A stretch of DNA of 63,173 bases, filler included. It is 6 parts of 6 records of this genome, joined end to end, with 100 filler letters (N's around TTAATTAATTAA, not from the genome) between each part and the next. Parts side by side here need not be neighbours in the genome. Positions count along the whole stretch, not along the records: positions 36,529 to 57,691 come from DRR378314_1082; 5 more parts are not named here. One strand, given 5' to 3'. Under the pieces are notes generated by a model. That model had not been told where the DNA came from and did no database searches. It saw only the letters and a program-made list of their open reading frames with translations. A program made the translations under genes and the position numbers. The number at the start of each line of letters is the position of its first letter. Positions within the stretch are counted from its first letter, which is position 1. Below are positions 43,846-53,045 of the stretch, piece by piece.

Positions 43846-44439
43846 TTACAGTTTCTTGCGGGCCAGCATGGCGGCGGTAATGGTGCCGTCATCCAGATAG
43901 TCCAGCTCGCCGCCAATCGGTACACCCTGTGCCAGAGAGGTCAGGGTAACCTGCCCTTCCAGTTGGTCCGCGATGTAATGGGCGGTGGTTTGCCCGTCGA
44001 TGGTGGCATTCAGGGCCAGGATCACCTCGGTGACCTCTTCTGTGGCCACGCGGTCAATCAGGCGCGGGATGCGCAATTCCTGCGGGCCGATGGCGTCCAG
44101 CGCGGAGAGGGTGCCGCCCAGCACATGATAGCGCCCGTGAAACACGCCGGAGCGTTCCATCGCCCAGAGGTCGGAAACATCCTCTACCACACAGATTTCA
44201 CCGTTGGCGCGTTTGTTGGCGGTGCAGATGTCACAGATGTCAGCGGTGCCGATATTGCCGCAGTTCAGGCATTCACGCGCGGTGGCGGCAACGGTTTGCA
44301 TGGTGTCGGCCAAAGGGGTCAGCAACAGGGCGCGTTTGCGGATCAGATGCAACACCGCGCGGCGCGCCGAACGCGGGCCAAGCCCAGGGAGCTTGGCCAT
44401 CATGTCGATCAGCGCGTCAATGTCCTGTGTCGAACTCAA
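43846..44439 (-). CDS. recR: Recombination mediator RecR
   Basis: [12 protein letters not shown]4 zinc finger, Toprim [19 protein letters not shown]. Confidence 0.97.
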   Translation of the reverse strand: MSSTQDIDALIDMMAKLPGLGPRSARRAVLHLIRKRALLLTPLADTMQTVAATARECLNCGNIGTADICDICTANKRANGEICVVEDVSDLWAMERSGVFHGRYHVLGGTLSALDAIGPQELRIPRLIDRVATEEVTEVILALNATIDGQTTAHYIADQLEGQVTLTSLAQGVPIGGELDYLDDGTITAAMLARKKL

Positions 44440-44503
44440 CGGAATGTGCCTTTTGTGAGGGCGGAATTGAGTTTAGCGGCAAGATGAAGCCGGGGCGCAG
44501 CGC

Positions 44504-44848
44504 CTAGAATGGCAACTTCATGTCTGCTGGCAGGCCCATGCCTTCGGTCAGCTTTGCCATCTCTTCCTGTGCCCGGTCGGTGGCCTTGGATTGGGCGTCT
44601 TTGATGGCGGCAAGGATCAGGTCTTCGACAACTTCCTTGTCATCGCCGTTGAAAATGGACGGATCGATGTCGAGGCCTTTCAGCTCGCCTTTGGCGGTGC
44701 AGGTGGCTTTGACAAGACCGGCACCGCTTTCGCCGGTGACCATGATATTGGCCATATCATCTTGCATCTGGGCCATTTTGCCCTGCATTTCCTGCGCCTT
44801 TTTCATCATGCCGGCCATGTCACCCAGCGCGCCTAGTCCTTTGAGCAT
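44504..44848 (-). CDS. ybaB: YbaB/EbfC nucleoid-associated protein
   Basis: MMKKAQEMQ, GESGAGLV, EDLILAAIKDA; lies between dnaX and recR. Confidence 0.95.
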   Translation of the reverse strand: MLKGLGALGDMAGMMKKAQEMQGKMAQMQDDMANIMVTGESGAGLVKATCTAKGELKGLDIDPSIFNGDDKEVVEDLILAAIKDAQSKATDRAQEEMAKLTEGMGLPADMKLPF

Positions 44849-44900
44849 CGTTTTCTCCTGATCTGTGTTTGTCTCTATATGCGGTCCGTGCGGGGCGGGT

Positions 44901-46655
44901 TCAACCGTCCTCGAAGGGATCCCATTCGTCCTCGACCTCGGGCAGGGCGGCGCTGACCGCCTCTGCTGCGATTTGTTCGGGGGTGCGGATGTCACCGATG
45001 CGAGCCTTGGGAAAGGAGGTGATCACCGCCTGCCAGAGCGGATGGGCCTTTACCTCGGCGACCAGCGCGTTCTGTTTGGCGTCCTTGACCTCTGCAATGG
45101 TTTCACCGCCGCCATCGTTCACAATGGTTACGGCCCAGCGGTTGCCGGTCCAAAGTTGCAGTTTTGCGCCAAGGCGCTGGGCCAGGTCGCGGGGCGCGCG
45201 GTCTGTCGGGACAAATTCGATACGTCCCGGTTGATAGGCGGCAAGGCGCAGGGTGGTTTCCACCTCGACCAATAGTTTCACATCGCGGTTGGCGCGGATC
45301 AGTTCGACCACATGCTCAAAGCTGGGGAAACGGGCAAGTGCCGCGTCAAGATCCTGTGCAAGGGCGGTGGTTTGCCCCGACGCGGTGGGGTTGGCGGCCA
45401 TACGGGCCTGCGCCTGATTCACCGCCTGCGCGCCACTTGCCGGGCCGGAGGCACCGCTGCCGCCACCACCGCCGGGCGCAATGGCAGGGGGTGGTGTGGC
45501 ATTGTTGAGCTTGCGCACCAGTTCTTCGGGACTGGGCAGGTCGGCCACATGGGTCAGACGGATGATTGCCATTTCGGCGGCCATCATCGCATTGGGGGCA
45601 GAGGCCACTTCGTCCAGTGCCTTGAGCAGCATTTGCCACAGGCGGGTCAGCACGCGCATTGGCAGGGTTTCGGCCATTTCCATGCCGCGGCTGCGTTCCT
45701 CGGGCGAGATGGTGGGGTCTTCGGCTGCTTCGGGGGTGATTTTCACCACTGACACCCAATGGGTGATTTCCGCCAGATCGCGCAGCACCGCCATCGGGTC
45801 AGCGCCATCCGCATATTGACCGGAAAGTTCCGTCAGCGCCCCGGCGGCATCCCCGCGCAGGATCATGTCGAACAGGTCAAGCACGCGGCCACGATCCGCA
45901 AGCCCCAGCATGGCGCGCACCTGATCGGCGGTGGTTTCCCCGGCGCCATGGCTGATCGCCTGATCCAGCAGGGATGTGGCATCGCGCACCGAACCTTCGG
46001 CGGAACGGGTGATCAGGGCCAGCGCATCATCAGCGATTTCAGCGCCTTCGGCCGTGGCGATCTTGCGCATCAGGGCGATCATCACCTCGGGTTCGATGCG
46101 GCGCAGATCAAAGCGTTGGCAACGCGACAGGACCGTGACCGGCACCTTGCGGATTTCTGTGGTGGCAAAGATGAATTTGACGTGTTCGGGCGGCTCTTCC
46201 AGCGTTTTCAACAGTGCGTTGAAAGCACCTGTCGACAGCATATGCACTTCGTCGATGATATAGACTTTGTAGCGGGCAGAGGCGGCGCGGTAATGTACCG
46301 AATCGATGATTTCACGGATATTGGCGACGCCGGTGTTGGAAGCGGCGTCCATCTCCATCACGTCAACATGGCGGCCTTCCATGATCGCGGTGCAATGTTC
46401 ACATACGCCACAAGGATCGGTGGTCGGTTTGCCATTCCCGTCCGGCCCGATACAGTTCATGCCTTTGGCGATGATCCGCGCAGTGGTGGTTTTGCCGGTA
46501 CCCCGGATCCCGGTCATGATAAAGGCCTGCGCGATGCGATCCGCCTCAAAGGCGTTGCGCAGGGTGCGCACCATCGCATCCTGCCCGACCAGATCAACAA
46601 AGGTTTCGGGCCGGTATTTGCGGGCCAATACGCGGTAGGCGGGGGTGTCGGTCAT
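44901..46655 (-). CDS. dnaX: DNA polymerase III gamma/tau subunit
   Basis: YRVLARKYRP, GIRGTGKTT, DEVHMLS..AFNALLKTLEEPP, SRCQRF. Confidence 0.97.
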   Translation of the reverse strand: MTDTPAYRVLARKYRPETFVDLVGQDAMVRTLRNAFEADRIAQAFIMTGIRGTGKTTTARIIAKGMNCIGPDGNGKPTTDPCGVCEHCTAIMEGRHVDVMEMDAASNTGVANIREIIDSVHYRAASARYKVYIIDEVHMLSTGAFNALLKTLEEPPEHVKFIFATTEIRKVPVTVLSRCQRFDLRRIEPEVMIALMRKIATAEGAEIADDALALITRSAEGSVRDATSLLDQAISHGAGETTADQVRAMLGLADRGRVLDLFDMILRGDAAGALTELSGQYADGADPMAVLRDLAEITHWVSVVKITPEAAEDPTISPEERSRGMEMAETLPMRVLTRLWQMLLKALDEVASAPNAMMAAEMAIIRLTHVADLPSPEELVRKLNNATPPPAIAPGGGGGSGASGPASGAQAVNQAQARMAANPTASGQTTALAQDLDAALARFPSFEHVVELIRANRDVKLLVEVETTLRLAAYQPGRIEFVPTDRAPRDLAQRLGAKLQLWTGNRWAVTIVNDGGGETIAEVKDAKQNALVAEVKAHPLWQAVITSFPKARIGDIRTPEQIAAEAVSAALPEVEDEWDPFEDG

Positions 46656-46820
46656 GCATGCTCCGGCAAGAAAGGATTCGGCGTCACGACCCAAAGTAGG
46701 CGGTGCAGCGGGGCAGGTAAACCACGCCATCCGATTGCTTGGAATTCGGGACGGACTGGGGCATCATATGTTTGGTATGCCGGTCCGCTGATCGGGTATT
46801 TTGTACTTTAGGGGGCGTGT

Positions 46821-47663
46821 ATGCGGTTACGGGGCATCAGAAGAAGCAGCAATGTCGAGGTGCGCAAAGGCGAGCGTGGACGACGCGTTGGCGGCAGGGC
46901 CGGTGGGCTTGGCGTGATGGGGGTGCTGGCCGTTCTTGCCATCGGATATTTCACCGGCATCGATGTCAGTCCCTTGTTGCAAGGCGGCCCACAAACACAG
47001 CAGAGCGCACCGGTCAGCCAGGCTGACGGCCCGGCGACGGAATTCTCGGCGCAGGTGCTGGCCACAACAGAGGATGTCTGGACCAAGATCTTTCGCGACC
47101 AGTTGGGACGCGACTATGTGCCGCCAAAACTGGTGGTGTTTTCCGGTGTGACGCAAAGCCCCTGTGGCGGAGCATCAGGAGCAACAGGGCCGTTTTACTG
47201 CCCGGCGGACAGCAAGGCCTATCTCGACACCAGCTTTTTCACCATGTTGAGCCAGCAGATGGGGGCAGGCGGTGATTTTGCGGCGGCCTATGTGATTGCC
47301 CATGAGGTGGCCCATCATGTGCAAAATCAATTGGGCATCTTGCCCAAGGTCAACGCAGCGCGGCAACGGTCAAGCGAGGCGGAAGCGAACCTGTTGACCG
47401 TGAAACTGGAGCTGATGGCGGATTGTCTGTCGGGCATTTGGGCAGTGAACGTGCGGGGGCTGATGGAGAAGGGTGATCTGCAAGAGGCGCTGAATGCGGC
47501 GCGCAAAATCGGCGATGATCATTTGCAGCGGCAGGCCGGACGGGTGCCGCAGCCGCATACCTTTACACATGGCACCTCAGAGCAGCGGGCGCGGTGGTTT
47601 GCACGCGGGTTCGAAACCGGTGATGTCGGGCAATGTGACACCTTTGCGGCGCGTCGGCTGTGA
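46821..47663 (+). CDS. Neutral zinc metallopeptidase (YpfJ-like)
   Basis: GPFYCPAD, AHEVAHHVQ, ELMADC, HGTSEQR. Confidence 0.92.
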   Translation: MRLRGIRRSSNVEVRKGERGRRVGGRAGGLGVMGVLAVLAIGYFTGIDVSPLLQGGPQTQQSAPVSQADGPATEFSAQVLATTEDVWTKIFRDQLGRDYVPPKLVVFSGVTQSPCGGASGATGPFYCPADSKAYLDTSFFTMLSQQMGAGGDFAAAYVIAHEVAHHVQNQLGILPKVNAARQRSSEAEANLLTVKLELMADCLSGIWAVNVRGLMEKGDLQEALNAARKIGDDHLQRQAGRVPQPHTFTHGTSEQRARWFARGFETGDVGQCDTFAARRL

Positions 47664-48010
47664 CGGAGTACGACCGCCGGTTTGCAGCAGCCATGGCCGA
47701 GCTGGAAGCGACGGAGATCTGGCGCAGCAATTACAATCCGCCGATGATGAAACTGCAGCGGCGGTTGGGGTGGAAGATGCGCCCGCCGCATTATGCGCGG
47801 TTCTGGCGGATTGCAGTCGGTTATGCGCTGTGGTTCGGACCGGTCTGGGGGTTGTTGATGTGGTTTGCCAGCTGGCGCGGGCAGGGGTTCTCGCTGTTGA
47901 GTGCTGTCGGGGCATCCGCTGTCGCCGGAATCCTGTTTGGCGTGCTGATGGCGGCCTATTACGCGCGGGCGCGGCGGCGGCACAAGCTGAGTAAATGGGA
48001 AGATTTGTGA
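47660..48010 (+). CDS. Small membrane protein (DUF6404-like)
   Basis: IWRSNYNPP, PPHY, two TM segments, LSKWEDL; GTGA overlap with the previous gene. Confidence 0.75.
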   Translation: MTEYDRRFAAAMAELEATEIWRSNYNPPMMKLQRRLGWKMRPPHYARFWRIAVGYALWFGPVWGLLMWFASWRGQGFSLLSAVGASAVAGILFGVLMAAYYARARRRHKLSKWEDL

Positions 48011-48165
48011 GGGGCGGCGTTGGTGTGGCAAGGCGCATCAGCGCTTTGGGTCGGCTGTGCCTGTCAGCTTGATCATGAATGCCACTCGGAAATTTTGAAT
48101 GTTCTCATCGTTCTCAAGGAACGACTGACGCATCTGGGCCTTTTTGCTGTGCAAAAAGGTCTGGG

Positions 48166-48260
48166 TGAGAGATTGATAACGACCCAAGCGGGACTCGTTG
48201 TGGCTGCTGCCTTCCGGCTCTGACCAGGTTGGCGAGGCGCCTGCCCGCACCAACCTCTCA
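48166..48260 (-). ncRNA. ffs: Signal recognition particle 4.5S RNA
   Basis: Minus strand has the core GTCAGAGCCGGAAGGCAGCAGC with a GGAA tetraloop; ends GAGAGGTTGGT / ATCAATCTCTC pair; upstream of dnaX. Confidence 0.95.
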
Positions 48261-48265
48261 AGCTC

Positions 48266-48294
48266 CATATAGGCCCGTGAAGGGCGGTGTGCAA
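48266..48294 (-). promoter_or_regulatory. Sigma70-type promoter of ffs
   Basis: TTGCAC-17 bp-TATATG just upstream of the RNA 5' end. Confidence 0.7.
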
Positions 48295-48421
48295 GTATCA
48301 GCTTGTGCGGCACCATTTGAGATCCGGCGACCAGCGGGACGGCATGATCACTGGCCGGATTGTGTCCGTGGATCAGATGCCACACAAAGGGGGCAGGTAA
48401 AGCGTTTCAAAGGATAGGTTT

Positions 48422-49390
48422 ATGCGCCACGCAGAACAGGTGACCTTCGGAGGGTCCGCATTGGATCGGGCCGGTGAAATCCGCAACAATCCCGCGGTAG
48501 TGAAATATGCCCGCGCGGCTGCGGACAGCCGTGCGATTGTGTTCTGGCGCGGAAAACCGCTGATCTCGCCCGAGCGACCCGCATCGCTGGTGCGCTTGCC
48601 GATGGACCATCCGGTTCTGGCCGATGCCAGGGAGGAACCGATTTTGCTGGGGCGTGAAGAGGGGGCGGCGCGCTTCGCATTTGACCTGTCATCCTGGCAA
48701 CCCGACGGATTGGACGAGGCCAGCCTTGGTGCCTTTCTGGATCCGTCAGAGCAACGCCACCCGGCGCTGCACGATAACATGGTCTTTGCCGAGCTGCGCC
48801 GGGTGATGACATGGCTTAATCCGCGTGATGCGGAGCTGGCCGCCACCGGCAAGGCGATCCTCAGCTGGCATGAAAGTCACGGGTTTTGCGCCAAATGCGG
48901 GGCAAAGTCGGATATCGGGCAGGCCGGATGGCAACGGCAATGCCCTGTCTGCAAGACATGCCATTTCCCCCGCACCGACCCTGTGGTGATCATGTTGATC
49001 ACCCATGGCAATTCGGTGCTGATGGGCCGCTCTCCCGGTTGGCCACGCGGGATGTTTTCGCTGCTTGCAGGATTTGTAGAGCCCGGTGAAACTCTGGAGG
49101 CCGCCGTGCGCCGCGAGGTTTTCGAGGAGGCTGGGGTGCAGGTGGGGGCCGTTAACTATCTTTCCAGTCAGCCCTGGCCTTTCCCCGCTTCTTTGATGTT
49201 TGGATGTCGCGGAGAGGCGTTGAGCCAGGAAATTACTATTGATCCGGTCGAGATCGAGGATGCGATGTGGGTCCCGCGCGAGGAAATGATGGAGGTTTTT
49301 GCGGGCACCCATCCGGTGATCTTGCCCGTACGTAAAGGGGCCATTGCCCACTTTCTTCTGGAAAACTGGCTTGCGGATCGTTTGGATTGA
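48422..49390 (+). CDS. nudC: NAD(H) diphosphatase
   Basis: CAKC..CPVC zinc ribbon, Nudix box GFVEPGETLEAAVRREVFEEAG, SQPWPFP. Confidence 0.95.
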   Translation: MRHAEQVTFGGSALDRAGEIRNNPAVVKYARAAADSRAIVFWRGKPLISPERPASLVRLPMDHPVLADAREEPILLGREEGAARFAFDLSSWQPDGLDEASLGAFLDPSEQRHPALHDNMVFAELRRVMTWLNPRDAELAATGKAILSWHESHGFCAKCGAKSDIGQAGWQRQCPVCKTCHFPRTDPVVIMLITHGNSVLMGRSPGWPRGMFSLLAGFVEPGETLEAAVRREVFEEAGVQVGAVNYLSSQPWPFPASLMFGCRGEALSQEITIDPVEIEDAMWVPREEMMEVFAGTHPVILPVRKGAIAHFLLENWLADRLD

Positions 49391-49467
49391 CGCGAGAATT
49401 GATTAACCGGGCGTTAACTCCGGTCAAGTCGACAGAGATAAGTCGATGGTAAAGGTAGGACACAGAC

Positions 49468-49935
49468 ATGAAGTTTTCGACAAATGAGGACATCGAAGCG
49501 CCGGCGGACGCGGTGTTCGAGATGTTGTGCGACTTTGAAGGGTTTGAACGTTCTGCCATGCGGCGCGGTGCCGAGGTGCAGCGGATTGACCAGCTACATA
49601 AACCCGGGGTCGGGATGATGTGGCAGGCTGCGTTTACCCTGCGTGGCAAGCAACGTCAGATGGAGGTCGAGATGGTGACCTTTGACCGTCCCAATGAGAT
49701 TGTCCTCGAAAGCACCTCGCCGGGGTTGCTGGCGACTACCGGTTTTGAATTGATCGCCCTGTCGCGCAGCAGCACGCGGGTGAAGGTCGAGTTGGAAATC
49801 AAACCGCTGAACCTCTCGGCGCGGTTGTTGGTGCAATCGCTGAAACTGGCGAAAAGCTCGCTGACGAAGAAGTTCAAGCAGCGGGTGTCGGAGTACGCCA
49901 AGGGCATGGAAGACAAATACGCGCGACAAGCCTAA
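49468..49935 (+). CDS. SRPBCC family protein
   Basis: EDIEAPADAVF start and a START-like pattern; 155 aa. Confidence 0.75.
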   Translation: MKFSTNEDIEAPADAVFEMLCDFEGFERSAMRRGAEVQRIDQLHKPGVGMMWQAAFTLRGKQRQMEVEMVTFDRPNEIVLESTSPGLLATTGFELIALSRSSTRVKVELEIKPLNLSARLLVQSLKLAKSSLTKKFKQRVSEYAKGMEDKYARQA

Positions 49936-49984
49936 GGCCCTGACCTTGACGCAGCTATGCGCCTGCCTGTCGCGCAGCAAAACC

Positions 49985-50353
49985 TTACTTTGACGTAAAC
50001 ACTTTGCCCTTTTTGGCCGATGGCACCTTGCCTTTGCTTTGCTGCAAGACATGGGACAATTCATGCGCCAATAGGCTGCTGTCCTTGGCATCGCCGGATT
50101 TCGCAAGAAAAATATCGGACCCGCTGACAAAAGCTTTGGCACCAAGTGATTTACAGGCTTCGGTCGCTTCGGCCCCGACGTGTACCTTCATCGTGGAAAG
50201 TTTGGCACCGGGAAATTTCTCCCCCATTGCCTTGATCACTTCCGAGGGTAGTTTTTTGGATTTGGTACCCGTCGGAATTTTATCCAACGTCTTGGTTTTG
50301 GCGCGTTTGCCATCGGTTTTTTGAAGTACCTGGGCGATTTTATCTTGAGCCAT
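49985..50353 (-). CDS. Stand-alone DUF4157 (eCIS core domain) protein
   Basis: KVHVG..LGAKAF..GSDIF..LLAHELSHVLQQ; AAGGA RBS; Lys-rich. Confidence 0.85.
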   Translation of the reverse strand: MAQDKIAQVLQKTDGKRAKTKTLDKIPTGTKSKKLPSEVIKAMGEKFPGAKLSTMKVHVGAEATEACKSLGAKAFVSGSDIFLAKSGDAKDSSLLAHELSHVLQQSKGKVPSAKKGKVFTSK

Positions 50354-50538
50354 TTGTGTCAGTCCTTAGGAATATTAAATTATTTCAATACATGGATCTT
50401 AACACAAAACGGTGTTCCTTGCCTCATGAATACGTGACAGCGGCAAACTGAGGTCGCGTATCAGGGCGTAAAACAAGGGATGGTTGTGGCGTGGGAGGTG
50501 TTTCACCTTCGCCTTAGCTAAAACTGGCGGGGAGTGGC

Positions 50539-51426
50539 CTAGCGAGTCGCAATCAAACCAATGACAGCTGCGCTAATCTCAGCCACGAGCGCGTTTCGTG
50601 TTTTCCAGTCACTGGGTGTGTCCGACACATATATCGCGATCAGATATGCCTTGGTGGAGGGTGTGGTTACCATGGCGACAAGACTGCGGGTGTGATCTCG
50701 TCCGCCGCCGGATTTATCAACGGCCTGCCAGCCAATGGGCAAGCTTTTGCGCAGCAGTTCCTGTGTCACACTGCCCTGACGCATCCACGCCGCCAATTGC
50801 GCCCGTGATGCAGGTTGCAGAGCGTTACCTGTCAACAGCTTCTGCCATGTCGAGGTGATCGCCGCAGGCGTTGTGGTGTCGCGCGGATCGCCTGCCACAA
50901 ACAGGTTCAGGCTCGGCTCCCTCCGGTCCAGACGTGTGATCATATCGCCGATACTGCGCAGGTAGGCGGTGACCTGTTGCGGGCCGCCCAGTACATCAAT
51001 TAACAAATTGGCAGCTGTGTTGTCACTTTTGTCCAGTGTGGCGAAACACAAGGCACCGATCGAAAGCGCCCCGCCAATGTGCCGCCGCGTGACCGGGGCG
51101 TAGTGCAGAATATCCTGCCGGGTGATGTTGATTGTCGTATTCAGATCAAGTGCATTGCGGTCGACCTGATCAAGGATGGCCCCGCAAAGAGCTGATTTGA
51201 ACGTGCTGTTCATCAAGAAACGTTCGTTTTCTCGATACCCCCAATGCCAAGCGGAACTGGCATCGCGGATCATCACACCGATGCGGGCAGTATGGCGGGT
51301 TTCCAAGTTGCGCAGCTTGTCCGCGAGGAGGGCTTGCGCTGGATTGTCGGCAGTGGCGGCGAAGGGCAGAACCGCACAAAAGATCACCAGACAGTATTGG
51401 CGCAGAAAGCGGCTTGCCTTAGTCAC
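50539..51426 (-). CDS. bla: Class A serine beta-lactamase
   Basis: Signal peptide; STFK, SDN, EPSLN, DTTTP, DKSG. Confidence 0.93.
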   Translation of the reverse strand: MTKASRFLRQYCLVIFCAVLPFAATADNPAQALLADKLRNLETRHTARIGVMIRDASSAWHWGYRENERFLMNSTFKSALCGAILDQVDRNALDLNTTINITRQDILHYAPVTRRHIGGALSIGALCFATLDKSDNTAANLLIDVLGGPQQVTAYLRSIGDMITRLDRREPSLNLFVAGDPRDTTTPAAITSTWQKLLTGNALQPASRAQLAAWMRQGSVTQELLRKSLPIGWQAVDKSGGGRDHTRSLVAMVTTPSTKAYLIAIYVSDTPSDWKTRNALVAEISAAVIGLIATR

Positions 51427-52265
51427 CCGCGGCCGGGATGCGCCGGGTAGACGCCCAGAATTTCCAGCATGTTGGTGTAATACCCCAATTCATCCAGCGC
51501 CAGCTTGACGTTCACATCGTCAGGATGCCCTTCGATATCCGCATAAAACTGGGTGGCGGTAAAGGAGCCGTCCACCATATAGCTTTCCAGTTTGGTCATG
51601 TTGATGCCATTGGTGGCAAAGCCGCCCATCGCCTTGTAAAGCGCCGCCGGAATGTTGCGGACCTCGAAAACAAACGTCGTCAGCATCTTGTCGCCGCGCC
51701 GCGCAAGGTTGATGTCGGGGGCCATCAGCAAAAACCGTGTGGTGTTGTGGTCCAGATCCTCGATATCGCGTGCCAATACGTCGAGACCATGAATGTCAGC
51801 GGCCACTTCACCGGCCAGCACCCCCTCGACAGACCCTTCCGCCAAAGCAAGATCAGCGGCAGCACCGGCGCTGTCAGCGGCGGCCTCAAAGGTGATGCCC
51901 TGCGCATCCAGATAGCTGCGGGCCTGCGGCAAAAGGACCATATGGGCCCGTACATGTTTGACCTGATCCAGCGTCACGCCGGGGCGCGCCATCAATGCGA
52001 TACGTACCCGGACAAATGCTTCGTCGATGATGTGAAGCCCGCTCTTAGGCAACAGGCGGTGAATGTCGGCAACCCGTCCGTAAGTGGTGTTCTCAACCGG
52101 CAGCATCGCCAGTTCCGCCCGGCCTTCGCGCACCGCACGGATCACCCCCTCGAAGGTATTGCAGGGCACGGGAATCATCTCGGGGCGGGCTTGCAGACAG
52201 GCCTCGTGGCTATAGGCTCCCAAGGCACCTTGAAACGCGATACGTGGCGTGTGTTGGTCCGACAT
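51423..52265 (-). CDS. pheA: Prephenate dehydratase
   Basis: IAFQGALGAYS, PVEN, NTTRF, TKLESY; ACT domain. Confidence 0.95.
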   Translation of the reverse strand: MSDQHTPRIAFQGALGAYSHEACLQARPEMIPVPCNTFEGVIRAVREGRAELAMLPVENTTYGRVADIHRLLPKSGLHIIDEAFVRVRIALMARPGVTLDQVKHVRAHMVLLPQARSYLDAQGITFEAAADSAGAAADLALAEGSVEGVLAGEVAADIHGLDVLARDIEDLDHNTTRFLLMAPDINLARRGDKMLTTFVFEVRNIPAALYKAMGGFATNGINMTKLESYMVDGSFTATQFYADIEGHPDDVNVKLALDELGYYTNMLEILGVYPAHPGRG

Positions 52266-52393
52266 CTGTGCAATCCTTGGTATTAAAGCACCCCTTGGGC
52301 GATTGGTCGCGGTAACTACACCTTGCTTGCGATAAGGGAAAGCAATAGATACGCGGCTGAAACGCATCAAATGACAGATACGGACCCAAACCT

Positions 52394-52891
52394 ATGTTCG
52401 ACACAATGACCCTTACGAAAATTGCCGCTGGCCTGTGTGGCGCTTGGTTAATCCTGTTGCTTGGCAAATGGGCCGGCGAAGAGCTGTACCATGCGGATGC
52501 CCATGGTGAACCGTCCTATGTGATCGAAGTGGCGAGCGCCGGAACAGACGAACCAGCCGAGGAAATCGACCTGGTTGCGTTGATGGCAAGTGCCGATGCG
52601 GACAAGGGATCAAAGGTGTTTCGCAAGTGTACCGCCTGTCACAAGGTTGACGGCACAGACGGTGTTGGCCCGCATCTGAACGGCGTTGTGGATCGTGATA
52701 TCGCTGCCGTTGGCGGGTTTGGATACTCTGGTGCGCTGGGCGGCCTTGAAGGCAACTGGACAATTGAGGCGCTGATGGGTTTCCTTGAAAGCCCCAAAAA
52801 CTACGCGCCGGGCACAACCATGGGTTTCGCCGGTTTGAAAAAGCCCGCCGACCGCGCGGATGTTATCGCCTATCTGAGCAGCCTTCAGTAG
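52394..52891 (+). CDS. cycM: Membrane-anchored cytochrome c (cy/c552 type)
   Basis: N-terminal TM anchor, CTACH, GPHLNGVV, PGTTMGFAGL. Confidence 0.88.
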   Translation: MFDTMTLTKIAAGLCGAWLILLLGKWAGEELYHADAHGEPSYVIEVASAGTDEPAEEIDLVALMASADADKGSKVFRKCTACHKVDGTDGVGPHLNGVVDRDIAAVGGFGYSGALGGLEGNWTIEALMGFLESPKNYAPGTTMGFAGLKKPADRADVIAYLSSLQ

Positions 52892-52912
52892 GTTCTGCCC
52901 CAGACAAGACAG

Positions 52913-52940
52913 AAAGCCGCCCTTGCCGGGCGGTTTTTTT
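52913..52940 (+). terminator. Intrinsic terminator after cycM
   Basis: AAAGCCGCCC-TTGCC-GGGCGGTTTTTTT. Confidence 0.9.
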
Positions 52941-53045
52941 ATGTGCGCTACGGTAGATAACATATTCGCAACTTGTCTCTTGGTATGCGGCACCGTTAGC
53001 TTAGATCTCGACACTTGCTGATTTGCGATACAAAGGATGTGCCTG

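Noticed and set aside
44901..46655. Programmed -1 frameshift in dnaX
   Set aside because: I found no A AAA AAG slippery site or long A-run in the coding strand by eye.
45759..46811. 350-aa plus-strand ORF
   Set aside because: Antisense shadow of dnaX.
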